A model generated the notes under the pieces. The model ran no database searches and was not told the DNA's origin. It saw only the letters and a program-made list of their open reading frames with translations. 64,000 bases of DNA from Malacoraja senta (taxonomy: Eukaryota): positions 5,768,001 to 5,832,000 of the forward strand of contig CM075995.1 in assembly GCA_038087875.1 (NCBI GenBank). Direction: 5' to 3'. Below, piece by piece: positions 50,988-62,380 of this stretch. The position numbers and the translations under genes are program-made. Within the stretch, counting starts at the first letter, position 1; every line of letters starts with the position of its first letter.

Positions 50988-51204
50988 GTTCAAGAAGGAA
51001 CTGCAGATGCTGGAAAATCGAAGGTAGACAAAAGTGCTGGAGAAACTCAGCGGGTGCAGCAGCATCTATGGAGCGAAGGAAATAGGCAACGTTTCAGGCC
51101 GAAACCCATCAGTCTGAAGAAGGGTTTTGGCCCGAAACGTTGCCTATTTCCTTCGCTCCATAGATGCTGCCGCATCCGCTGAGTTTCTCCAGCACTTTTG
51201 TCTA
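50988..51204. mobile_element. Palindromic PLE-derived mini-element
   Basis: 14-bp TSD cattcacatattat at 50974-50987 and 51205-51218. The paralogous site at 24854-24867 has a single copy. Confidence 0.92.
51114..51141 (+). ncRNA. Minimal type I hammerhead ribozyme motif
   Basis: CUGAAGA A GGGUU UU GGCCC GAAA CG UU. Confidence 0.6.
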
Positions 51205-51959
51205 CATTCACATATTATTTCTGCTTCAAATAACTCACAAACTAAACATATTCACCAATCAAGACATGATATATACCACAATGACATGCAGCAAAATTAT
51301 GATACAATATCTCAACTCTTTTTACACATTACAATTACAATTCAGCATATGATCAACCTACGTCAATAAATCCTGGACCATGGTAACATATATGCTTAAC
51401 CATACACACTACAGATTGATGCAAGCATGTTTTCTGTGAAGGACCGAAAATTACCATGACATGGCCATAGCATGGGTCGTTATTGCTATTGGCACAGAAA
51501 CACTCTGGCTTCCCACATAATTTATCCATAACAAAATATACAGGTTGCAAGGAAATTTCTGAAGGCATTTTATGATAATAGCTGTTAAAACCAACTATGC
51601 CCATCTGACATACCATATTACACTAACTGACAAGAGATGGCCAAAGGACATAACTGCAGCAAATGTTCTTTTGGTAATATGTTTAAAGGTGTTAAAACAA
51701 ATAATAACATTGGGAATTAAAACACATTTGATTACATTCCGTTATCAAACATAATCAATGTTCGCTCTGAAGACCATGAAGCACAATAGGGTCAGGGTGT
51801 GTGTGAATCAGTGCGGGGTGGATAGATGGCGGGGGGGGGGGGGGGGGGGTTGAGAAGGCAATCGGTGCGGAATGGATGGATTGAGGCAGGTGAATTAGTA
51901 CGTGTTGGTTGGAGTATGTAAAATTGTGAGGGGAGAGCACGGGGGATGTCAGTGGTGTT

Positions 51960-52500
51960 GAATGAGGGGATCAGTATGGGATGGATGGGGGGGGGGATCA
52001 GTATAGGATGAATGGGGGTTCAGTACAGGATGAATGGGGGTAAACAAAAATTCTAGAGAAATTCAGCGGGTGAGGCAGCATCTATGGAGCTAAGGAAATA
52101 GGCAACGTTTCTGGTCGAGACCCTTCTTCAGACTGTTCCCCCCATTCTCCTTGAATGGGTGGATCAGTACAGGATGGATGGGGGGGATCAGCACAGGATG
52201 AATGGGGGGGGTCAGGACAGTGTGGATCGGAGGGTCTATGCAGGATGAATGGGAGATCACTATAGGATGAATGAGGGGATCAGTACAGGATGAATGGGGG
52301 ATCAGTAAAAGATGAATGGGAAGATCACTACAGGATGGATGGGGGATTGGTGCAGGGTAAATGGAGAGTGGGTCAGTTTGGGATGAATGGGAGGGTCAGT
52401 GCAATATGAATGGGGGGAAAAGTGCAGGATGGATGGGAAGGGGGGTCAGTACAGGATGAATTGGGGGACCAGTGTAGGATGGATGGGGGGGGGGGGTGGC
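51960..52500. repeat. ~21-bp minisatellite (gggggatcagtacaggatgaat) interrupted by a PLE mini-element at ~52040-52135
   Basis: Degenerate direct tandem units. Confidence 0.85.
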
Positions 52501-52828
52501 AGGTGAATCAATGCGAGGTGGGTAGGGTGATGAATAGATTGGGGGGGGTAGATGCGGAGGGGAGCACAGGGAATGTCAGTGAGGACTGAATAGAGGGAAT
52601 GGGGATCAATGCGGGATGGAGAGGAAGGGTCCCAGGATAAGAGGGGTGGAGGGGGGCGTACAAGAGAGAGAGAGAAAGAGGGGGGGGGGGGGGAAGGGGC
52701 AGAAGAGGTGGGGAGGAAGGAAGGTCAACGCTCCTTGGACAACATCGCCCCGCTGCCTTGGCCGTCCCTGTCCAATGCCAAAATGCCGCCGCCTCCTCCA
52801 GGAAGGTGCGGGGCCGAGCGGTGCAGCT

Positions 52829-53192
52829 CAAAGATCCTATAGCTATAGGATCTTTGGTGCAGCTGCTTCAGACGGCGGAAGGAGACCTCCCTCTCCCTCT
52901 CCCCCCGGCCTCGGCGTGCGAGAGGGGTTGGTTTGAAAGTGCCATTAGCGGACTTGCAAGCAGTGGCCGCTATCAGGGCGATAGGAGCCGCTGATGGCAA
53001 ATCCGCAAAAGGCGCTTTCAAACCAACCCCTCGCACGCCGAGGCCGGGAGGACGGGGTGAAGGGAGGCCTCCTTCCGCCGGGCGGGGTGCGGGAGGAGGC
53101 GGTGGAGCCGCTGCTGTTCGGGGCCCGTCATTCGCCCCGACCCTTCGTCACCACGCACCTAGTATCTTTGACCCGCAATCAAAGATCCTAGA
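52829..53192. repeat. GC-rich fold-back element with nested inverted repeats
   Basis: Perfect palindrome caaagatcctatagctataggatctttg at 52829-52856. Long imperfect inverted repeat at 52875-53079. Matching end caaagatcctagag at ~53180-53193. Confidence 0.75.
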
Positions 53193-54600
53193 GGAATACA
53201 GTCGCCGACCCGAAACGTCAGTTCCTATTCGCCGGAGATGCTGCCTGACCCGCGGTGTTACTCCAGTTTTTTGCGTCTACCGGTATAAACCAGTATTTGG
53301 GAGCCAAGCCGGGCAAAATGAGTCGGCGTTTAGGTTGCCCGGGGGCACTTTCTGTGGTCAATGGCACCCGGGCAACCGCTAATTTCGAGCCCTGTGGGGG
53401 TGGCATCAACCGCCCGGCCTGGCGCTGAAGGTCAGCAGGTCAGTCTGCTATCCAAAATTCGTTATGACGACTCTAATAACAAAGGTTTACTGTATTGTTT
53501 TTTTTTTTATTTGTTTTTGTTTATTTATGATTTTATCTATTGAGTACTGTGTTTACAAGCCTGTTGTGCTGCCGCAAGAAAGAATTTCATTATTCCATTT
53601 CGGTACATTTTGCAACACAGCACTCTTGACTCTCTCTCTGAAAGACCAGTTCCTGAATACTTTGCTGAAATTATATAAAAGTGCCACATACATGCATTGT
53701 GCTGTTTAAATGCTAAAAAAGTGACAAGCACACCTTCTATGACATTGCTCATTGCAATAAAAGCAATGGATGTATTTATATAGCATCTTCCATATTTGCT
53801 TCATGGCCAAATAAGTGCATTTGAAGTGTGACCACTGTAATAACATGAACAACTGATGTTCCCACTTTGCACTGTCAAAATGAGTACTAAAATACATCAC
53901 AGGGCAATCTCCTTCAAAGGATCAGTGGTGTTGATGAAAGGATAAATGCGGGCCAGGTCATGTGGATTTTGTTAAAGCAAACCTGTAGATTTGATGATCC
54001 AATTTATGGATTAATTTAAGAATATGTTAAATCTTTCTAACTTTACAACTTGAATATGGGCAGGTGCTCACCTTGCTGAAAACATAAGACATCATTGTTA
54101 CCGAGGAAAGGCAAGGTTATGTAGAACCTGCACCACTTAAGAAAAATGAGCAAAACTGGCATTGCCAGCTTCTAAATATATTTTCTGCCAAAATCCAAGT
54201 ACTCTTCAAATAGCAACTATACTAACATCCCACATTTATTCTTTTCTACAAAAGAAAAAAGAGAACGCTCTGGTTGTGGTTATCTTAGCATCAATGATGT
54301 TTGTAAATTGGGTCCAAAAGTTGGAAGTCCAAAGAATCCCAAAAGATGGTGCGAAAGAATTATTTTGAGGCCTTTAAAAAAAAAAAATAAAGACTGCTGG
54401 CATATATTAAGGGATATATATTGCTTACATAGCACTATACAAATTTAAGATTTTAAGTTGCAAATGTCATATGGTTAGACTTATAATGTTAATATTAACC
54501 TTCCATCCCTATTGCCCTCAATGTTCTTATAATTTTAGTAATACTCTTCTGTAAGAAAAGAAGATAGACTTGCTTTCACTATGCCAGTGGTAAAGTAATT

Positions 54601-54606
54601 TTTATT
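54601..54606 (-). promoter_or_regulatory. Candidate polyadenylation signal (AATAAA) for RP9
   Basis: tttatt on the plus strand, ~390 nt past the RP9 stop codon. Confidence 0.35.
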
Positions 54607-54988
54607 TCCACTGCAACAGGTTAGGCTTACACTTCTTTAGTACAAAAATCAAAAGATGTCTTTCACCATTACAACTATTATAATGAAGATTTTTTTCACA
54701 GTCTGGTCTTTAATCTGACCCACCCAGGTTGAAGACCAGTAAGTAAAAAACAAGATCAGTATAATCCACACTTAAGTGGATGGATTATATATTACAAGTC
54801 ATGCTTAAGAATAAAGACAACCATCTAGTCTAAATTTTGGGGTTGTTGATTTTCAGTTTCTTCCCAATCTTGTTGAATATGTGATATTTATAACGTTGCT
54901 CAAAATAAACTCTTGTTGATGAATATAACAACCATTTCTCATTTTTTCACTTTGGGGAAAAATAGCTCATAACATTTGTTTTTTTGCC

Positions 54989-55163
54989 TTATTCTGAACT
55001 GTCACTTGATTTTTCTGTTTTATGTTTCTTTCTTTTCTTCTTTTTTTTCTTCTTCTTCTCTTTTCTCTTCCTCTTCTTTTTGTGCTTTTCTCTGGAATCT
55101 GAGGGACTGGAACTGTGACTGTCCGAAGTACTGTCTTCTAACATCTGTTTCAGCTGCTGTATC
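54989..55163 (-). CDS. RP9: RP9 (retinitis pigmentosa 9 / PAP-1 splicing factor), last coding exon
   Basis: Acceptor tttctttccag|G, then IQQLKQMLEDSTSDSHSSSPSDSREKHKKKRKRKEKKKKKKKKRKKHKTEKSSDSSE*. This matches the recalled vertebrate RP9 C-terminus (RIQQLKQLLEDSTSD..Lys-rich tail). No upstream exons were found in the window. Confidence 0.9.
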
Positions 55164-56777
55164 CTGGAAAGAAATTGCCACATTACTGTAATTAAATATC
55201 TATCCTTACTGACAATGGACTGTGTCTATTTTTCTTCCTCTCAATTATCAAGGATTGTGAAGTAAAGCAAAATAATAAATGTCGACAGGGATATCACTGA
55301 ACTGTTGCTCTCTTTCTCTGTCTGTCTCTCAGTAGAGTCCCCATCTCAGTTCCCTTATATCTAGATTCTAGAGGAAGTGGACTTGAATAGATAAACTGGC
55401 AATTAATCACTCATGATCATCAATCACCAGGACTGGAAGCTCCGTCATGCCTTTCTCTTATCTCCTGAATCTATTTACTGGTCTTGGAATGCCGAGATAA
55501 CCTCTGGCTTCTTTTCCTTCTTGCAGACTTAAACTACTCTAGCTTTCTCAATTGTCATCACTACCTCGTGCAAGTAATTGATAGACCCCTGATGGCAGCT
55601 CATGAACTTCCTTTGCAACTTCCTTCCCTACTTCACTCTGACCAGCTCAAACTTCCTTTATGTTTCCCACCATACTGAACAATGAATAACCCCGAACAAA
55701 TCTTTCAGCAGTTTCACTATTCACTTCCCACATGCTTCTCAGCAAAACAAAATCTAGTTCATATAACCAACTTCCTAGTCCTTTGAACCAATTCCACTAA
55801 ACTGCCAACCGCCCATCTTCCTTATGTGGTGACCATTTTATCAATTATTATTTTCATTTCTCTTTCTTTAGTTACAACTTCCCTCTTCTTCAAATCTCCT
55901 CTCTTCAAAACAATGTTTGTCCTAATTTATCATTCCTTGAAAGCCAATGTTGTATTTCCATTTGCTTTCCTCTACAAACTTCTCAAAATTGCTTCCTTCC
56001 TAAATTAATGCCCATCTTTCCGAGAAGTGTAGACACAAGAAATTGCAAATGCTGGATTCTTGTGTTAAAAAAAACAACTGCGGCAGGAACTCAATAGCTA
56101 GGCAGCATCTATGAAATTTGACAGATGATGTTTTGGGTCGGGACCCTCATCAAGCTGAAGTGCTTGCTGCCCATGCTGCTAACTGAGCTGCTGAGTTCCT
56201 CCAGACTTTTCCTAGAGGTATGTTGAATTCACACAATAATTCCTGCTAAAATGCAAGTTCTGCCACTTCAATGATTCTGACAAAGGTAAACTATTACCCT
56301 TATTTTTCTCATTCTGTCTGCAAACTTCATTGTCATTGGTCATGTCAACCTCCTCCAACTCTCTCTTGAATGGTCAGTCGATTGGGAATGCTAGTCTATG
56401 GGTTCCATTTTATTAAACATTTGCCATGCCTAAAATCCGTCCATAACACTTTATTTCATGAAGTGAATTACATTGTAACCTCTGGTGGTTCACTCTGTTC
56501 CACCATTGATACCCTATTTATCATGGATGATGATTAGTGTCTGATCATTTGCCATCAAAACACTCATCCATCCCCTGCCGTCCCTAGGCGTGACTATTCC
56601 AACATATTGCAGATCTGGTTCCTTCATTCTGCCTTCCAAACTTTAAAACGTGTCCTTTCTTTGCACCGTCCCACTCATCCATCAACCTTATGCGCAGTGA
56701 CTTACACTGGCTGGTATTTACGCAGTAACTCAGCTTTAAAATTCTTATCTTTATGTTAAAACCCTTCCAAAGACATG

Positions 56778-57120
56778 TAGACACAGGGAACTGCAGATGC
56801 CAGTTTACCAAAAAAGATACAAAGTGCTGGAATAACTCAACGAGTCAGGAAGCATCTCTAGAGAACATGGATAGGTGACGTTTTGGATCGGAATCCTTCT
56901 TCTGACTGATTGTAGTAGCGGGGAGAAAGTTGGACGAGAGGTGGGGGCAGGACAAAGCCTGGCAAGTGATAGGTGGATACAGGTGAGGATATTTTTTGAT
57001 AAGACAGGTGGTTGGACAAAGGTCAGAGATGAAAAGAGAAAAAGTGTGAGAAAAGGATAGAAAGAGGAGTGAAATGTGAAGCCAGGGGAAGTAATATAGG
57101 TGAAGCAGATGGGGCGGGAA
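56778..57120 (-). mobile_element. Penelope-like element 3' fragment
   Basis: Pseudo-LTR with a degenerate hammerhead motif (~56878-56905) and adjacent 3' UTR. Confidence 0.7.
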
Positions 57121-57972
57121 TGGGGCATCAACATCCCCTATCATCAACACTCCAATCGTGTTATCAGGTCCTTTCCAGACCTTTTAAAGAATTTCCCAAT
57201 AGAACTAGCCCAGCCTTCATCTCTTAAGGCCTTAAGATCTGATTTTGCTCCTAATATTTTTCTGTCTTTCCATCGCTCCTTCCTCCTTTATGGTTTTCCT
57301 TAAGTCCTAACGCTGATTTTAGCAATCTGGTCTGGCATCTTCTCATTTTGCTCAGTTAAATTTTGTTTAGATAACAGTTTGCTTTATTCACACCGTGTGC
57401 CTCCCCCCTCACCAACACAGGCGTGCACACAAGTTTACTATGATTCTATTCTGCAATTACGCTAATTACAATTTTGTTTAAACATTAAGATCAGCATTTA
57501 CCTGACTCTTCAGCACTAATCCTATCAAATAAAAAGTATTTTTAGTAAAACAATCAAGAATCAAGTTTAATTAATCTCAAATTCAATAAAAGTCCTGGCA
57601 AGTGAACATTAAGGATTAAAAAGCTTGGGTAAATACCTGTGGATATACCGCTTCTTATCTCAATAATTTTCTCCAGCACTGCATATAGATAGGATTTGTG
57701 TATTGCTTCATATCTAACGTAGCGTACATGCATCAATTTCCTTCACACAAAATGGTACGTGTGTGGCCCATTATCAATATCTTTTTTTGTTGCCAAAATT
57801 ACAAAGAACAGGCCTGTTTTGTGCAGAATGACAAAGTGGGATGAGATGATTCAAGAACATGGGAAAGGGTCAAGTGGCAAGACAGTGCACTTTCTGTCAT
57901 CCTGCTCTTCGCACCTTCTTCAGTTTTTTTGTGATTCATCAAGAGCCAGTTTCAGGTTGATGTGAATGATCA

Positions 57973-58385
57973 TAAGACTATAAGACAAAGGTGCAGATTT
58001 AGGATATTCGGCTCATCGAGTCGGCCCTGCCTTTCGATCCATGATCGCTGATCCATTTTTCCCTCTCAACCCCATTCTCATGCCTTCTCTCCGTAACCTA
58101 GACTCCCTGACTAATCAAGAACCTACCAATCTCTGCTTTAAAAATACCCAATGTCTTGACCTCCACAGCCGTCTGTGACAATGAATTCCACAGATTCACC
58201 ACTTTGTCTCCATTCTAAAGTTACGTCTGGTTCTAGATTGTCCCATTACTGGAAACGTCCTTTCTATCGAGGCCTTTCATTATTCGGTAGGTTTCAATAA
58301 GATCCCCCTCATTCTTCTCAACTTCAGTGAGTACAGGCCCAGTGTCATCAAACGCTCCTCATACCCAATAAACTCCCGGGATCAA
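57973..58385 (-). mobile_element. Decayed CR1 3' fragment
   Basis: CR1 3' UTR and ORF2-end similarity with deletions. Confidence 0.7.
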
Positions 58386-58597
58386 CATTAGTGTAGATCG
58401 AGATCTGAAGAGAGTTCCAGGCAACTGAATTAAGCATTCCGCACCAGTTCCATTTCAAGGGGAAATAACCTAGCATAACAACAAGTACAGAGTAGGCAAC
58501 AAATCAAACCATTATCTAGATTTTGGCAAAAATGTGCTAAGACTAGGTTTCGGCTCCAGATTCCCCGACTAGGAAATGTCAGGCTTTTATCACATCT

Positions 58598-58699
58598 AAG
58601 TAGTTGATCACAAAGTACTGGAGTAACTCAGTGGTTCAGGCAGCATCCCTGGAGAACATGGGTAGGTGACGTTTCGGGTTGAGACCCTTCTTCAGACTC
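58598..58699 (-). mobile_element. PLE-derived mini-element
   Basis: TSD ttatcacatct at 58587-58597 and 58700-58710. Confidence 0.8.
58668..58695 (-). ncRNA. Minimal type I hammerhead ribozyme motif
   Basis: CUGAAGA A GGGU CUCA ACCC GAAA CG UC. Confidence 0.55.
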
Positions 58700-59333
58700 T
58701 TATCACATCTCACTCCAGCCTTCACAGTGATTAAAACTAGTCCACCCGATTTTTCACTAAAGCTGGTACTGTGAATATTTCACAGCTGGTAGCAATGCAA
58801 GAGCAAAAATTCACTAAGAATTGAATGATTAAAAAATGTGTTTTGTTTCCCACCTAATCCTTTTGCAGGGTTGAATTTAGAAACAGAACACCTGTTGGAT
58901 AGGTTACATCACCTGCATGCCTGACCAATTTCCTGAACCAGATACTTTATTCCAACCTTTCTCGTGGCAAGAGACTACAGAGGTAACAGGAACAGATTCA
59001 AGGATGTTCTCAAAGGCTCCTTGAAGAAATGCAACATCCCCAATGACTCCTTAGAATGCCTGGCTCATAGTTCTCAAAAAGATCGCACTGAATATTAAGT
59101 TCATGCACTGGGAGCATTTGTATGCTCAGTGTCAATTGAACATACAAATTCACAAACTATCCTCTATCTACCCTTTTGCATACTTCCTGCTCCATGAAAA
59201 ATATGCAAGTCCTACATCGGTCTCGTCAGCTAATTAAGAACGTATAGGACCAAAGTGGAAGCAAGTCACTTCAAAGGGCAGATGAATTTTGCAAATCTAT
59301 TTCAGAATATCTCTTCTTCTCCCTGAGCAATTC

Positions 59334-62300
59334 AGGGGAGGGGAGGGACTCAAATAGAGAAAGATGGTAGAAAATGTGGGAGGCAGAAGGCAGAGAAGGG
59401 AAGCACTCGGACCCAAAATGTAGGGGAGAAAGAAGAAAAAGATAATAAACAGAGAATAAGTGGTGGTGGGTTTCTTAAATGTGTATATTTTAATGCTAGG
59501 AGCATTGTAAGAAAGGTGGATGAGCTTAGAGTCTGGATTGACACCTGGAAGTATGATGTTGTGGCGATCAGTGAAACATGGTTGCAGGAGGGCTGTGATT
59601 GGAAACTAAATATTCCAGGATTTCGTTGCTTCAGGGTGATAGAATTGGAGGGGCAAGAGGTGGGGGTGTTGCATTGCTTGTCAAGGAAGATATTACAGCA
59701 GTGCTTTGGCAGGATAGATTAGAGGGCTCTGTTGGGTGGAGCTGAGAAATGGGAAAGGTGTAGCAACACTTATAGGGGTGTATTATAGACTGCCAAATGG
59801 GGAGCGAGAATTGGAAGAGCAAATATGTAAGGAGATAGCAGATATTAGTAGTAAGCACAAGGTAGTGATTGTGGGAGATTTCAATTTTCCACACATAGAC
59901 TGGGAAACACATTCTGTAAAAGGGCTGGATGGTTTGGAGTTTGTAAAATGTGTGCAGGATAGTTTTTTGCAGCAATACATAGAGGTGCCTACTAGAGAAG
60001 GGGCAGTGCTGGACCTCCTGTTAGGAAATGAGACCGGGCAGGTGGCAGAGGTAAGCGTTGGGGAGCACTTCGGGTCCAGTGATCACAATACCATTAGTTT
60101 CAATATAATTATGGAGAGGGTCAGAACTGGACCTAGGGTTGAGATTTTTGATTGGAGAAAGGCTAACTTTGAGGAGATGCGAAAGGATTTAAAAGGAGTG
60201 AATTTGGGACATGTTGTTTTATGGGAAGGATGTAGAAGAGAAATGGAGGACATTTAAAGGTGAAATTTTAAGAGTACAGAATCTTTATGTACCTGTTCGG
60301 TTGAAAGGAAATAGTAAAAATTGGAAAGAGCCATGGTTTTCAAGGGAAATTGGACACTTGGTTCGGAAAAAGAGAGAGATCTACAATAATTATAGGCAGC
60401 ATGGAGTAAATGAGGTGCTTGAGGAGTATAAAGAATGTAAAAAGAATATTAAGAAAGTAGAAAAGCTAAAAGAAGATATGAGGTTGCTTTGGCAAGTAAG
60501 GTGAAAGTAAATCCAAAGGGTTTCTACAGCTATATTAATAGCAAAAGGATAACAAGGAATAAAATTGGTCCATTAGAGAGTCAGAGTGGACAGCTATCTG
60601 CAGAGCCAAAAGAGATGGGGGAGATACTGAACAATTTATTTTCTTCGGTATTCACCAAGGAGAAGGATATGGAATTATGTGAGGTAAGGGAAACAAGCAG
60701 AGTAGCTATGGAAACTATGAGATTCAAAGAAGAGGAGGTGCGGACACTTATGAAAAATATGAAAACGGATAAGTCTCCAGGTCCTGACAGGATATTCCCG
60801 AGGACATTGAGGGAAGTTAGTGTAGAAATAGCAGGGGCTATGACAGAAATATTTCAAATGTCATTAGAAACGGGAATAGTGCCGGAGGATTGGCGTACTG
60901 CGCATGTTGTTCCGTTGTTTAAAAAGGGTTCTAAGAGTAAACCTAGCAATTATAGACCTGTTAGTTTGACGTCAGTGGTGGGCAAATTAATGGAAAGGAT
61001 ACTTAAAGATAATATATATAAGCATCTGGATAAGCAGGGTCTGATTAGGAACAGTCAACATGGATTTGTGCCTGGAAGGTCATGTTTGACTAATCTTCTA
61101 GAATTTTTCGAAGAGGTTACTAGGGAAATTGATGAGGGTAAAGCAGTGGATGTTGTCTATATGGACTTCAGTAAGGCCTTTGACAAGGTTCCTCATGGAA
61201 GGTTGGTTAAGAAGATTCAATTGTTGGGTATTAATGGTGGAGTAGCAAGATGGATTCAACAGTGGCTGAATGGGAGATGCCAGAGAGTAATGGTGGATGG
61301 CTGTTTGTCAGGTTGGAGGCCGGTGACTAGTGGGGTGCCTCAGGGGTCTGTGTTGGGTCCACTGTTGTTTGTCATGTACATCAATGATCTGGATGATGGT
61401 GTGGAAAATTGGATTAGTAAGTATGCAGATGATACTAAGATAGGTGGTGTGGTGGATAATGAACTAGATTTTCAAAGTCTACAGAGAGATTTAGGCCATT
61501 TGGAAGAGTGGGCTGAAAGATGGCAGATGGAGTTTAATGCTGATAAATGTGAGGTACTACATCTCGGCAGGACAAATCAAAATAGGACGTACATGGTACA
61601 TGGTAGAGAATTGAGGAATGCAGTTGAACAGAGGGATCTAGGAATAACTGTGCATAGTTCCCAGAAGGTGGAATCTCATGTAGATAGGGTGGTAAAGAAA
61701 GCTTTTGGGGTGCTGGCCTTTATAAATCAGAGCATTGAATATAGAAGTTGGGATGTAATGTTAAACTTGTACAAGGCATTGGTGAGGCCAATTCTGGAGT
61801 ATGGAGTACAATTTTGGTCGCCTAATTATAGGAAGGATGTCAACAAAATAGAGAGAGTACAGAGGAGATTTACTAGAATGTTGCCTGGGTTTCAGCAACT
61901 AAGTTACAGAGAAAGGTTGAACAGGTTAGGTCTTTATTCTTTGGAGCGCAGAAGGTTAAGAGGGGACTTGATAGAGGTCTTTAAAATTATGAGCGGGTTA
62001 GACAGAGTTGACGTGGATAAGCTTTTTCCATTGAGAGTAGGGAAGATTCAAACAAGGGGACATGACTTGAGAATTAAGGGACAGAAGTTTAGGGGTAACA
62101 TTAGGGGGAACTTCTTTACTCAGAGAGTGGTAGCTGTGTGGAATGAGCTTCCAGTGGAAGTGGTGGAGACTGGTTCGATTTTATCCTTTAAAAATAGATT
62201 GGATGGGTATATGGACGGGAAAGGAATGGAGGGTTATGGCCTGAGTGCAGGTAGATGGGACTAGGGGGGGGGTATTTTTTTTTTTTTTTAAATAAAAAAA

Positions 62301-62380
62301 AATGTTCGGCACGGACTTGAAGGGCCGAGATGGCCTGTTTCCGTGCTGTAATGGTTATATGGTTATATGGTTATATGGTT
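59334..62380 (+). mobile_element. CR1 LINE covering nearly all of ORF2 (APE plus RT), within the presumed RP9 intron
   Basis: APE motifs (NARSI, ISETWL, GDFN, SDH) and RT. (ggttatat)n tail. Confidence 0.92.
60489..62264 (+). CDS. CR1 ORF2 reverse-transcriptase region (591-aa open stretch; upstream APE part frameshifted)
   Basis: [37 protein letters not shown] and YADD motifs. Confidence 0.85.
   Translation: MASKVKVNPKGFYSYINSKRITRNKIGPLESQSGQLSAEPKEMGEILNNLFSSVFTKEKDMELCEVRETSRVAMETMRFKEEEVRTLMKNMKTDKSPGPDRIFPRTLREVSVEIAGAMTEIFQMSLETGIVPEDWRTAHVVPLFKKGSKSKPSNYRPVSLTSVVGKLMERILKDNIYKHLDKQGLIRNSQHGFVPGRSCLTNLLEFFEEVTREIDEGKAVDVVYMDFSKAFDKVPHGRLVKKIQLLGINGGVARWIQQWLNGRCQRVMVDGCLSGWRPVTSGVPQGSVLGPLLFVMYINDLDDGVENWISKYADDTKIGGVVDNELDFQSLQRDLGHLEEWAERWQMEFNADKCEVLHLGRTNQNRTYMVHGRELRNAVEQRDLGITVHSSQKVESHVDRVVKKAFGVLAFINQSIEYRSWDVMLNLYKALVRPILEYGVQFWSPNYRKDVNKIERVQRRFTRMLPGFQQLSYRERLNRLGLYSLERRRLRGDLIEVFKIMSGLDRVDVDKLFPLRVGKIQTRGHDLRIKGQKFRGNIRGNFFTQRVVAVWNELPVEVVETGSILSFKNRLDGYMDGKGMEGYGLSAGRWD

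Larger units (their letters stand above)
50807..51358 (+). mobile_element. Second copy of the CAGGGCTCTC-type DNA-transposon-like repeat
   Basis: Inverted match to 24309-25036. Confidence 0.7.

Noticed and set aside
52508..53382. Overlapping 100-150 aa ORFs / CpG-island gene start
   Set aside because: Explained by a GC-rich palindromic repeat. No splice donor or homology was recognised.
56297..56360. Possible penultimate RP9 exon (minus-strand donor-like site)
   Set aside because: The translation (EVDMTNDNEVCRQNEKNK) does not match the expected AHEDPMYDIIR..KRHEKD sequence.
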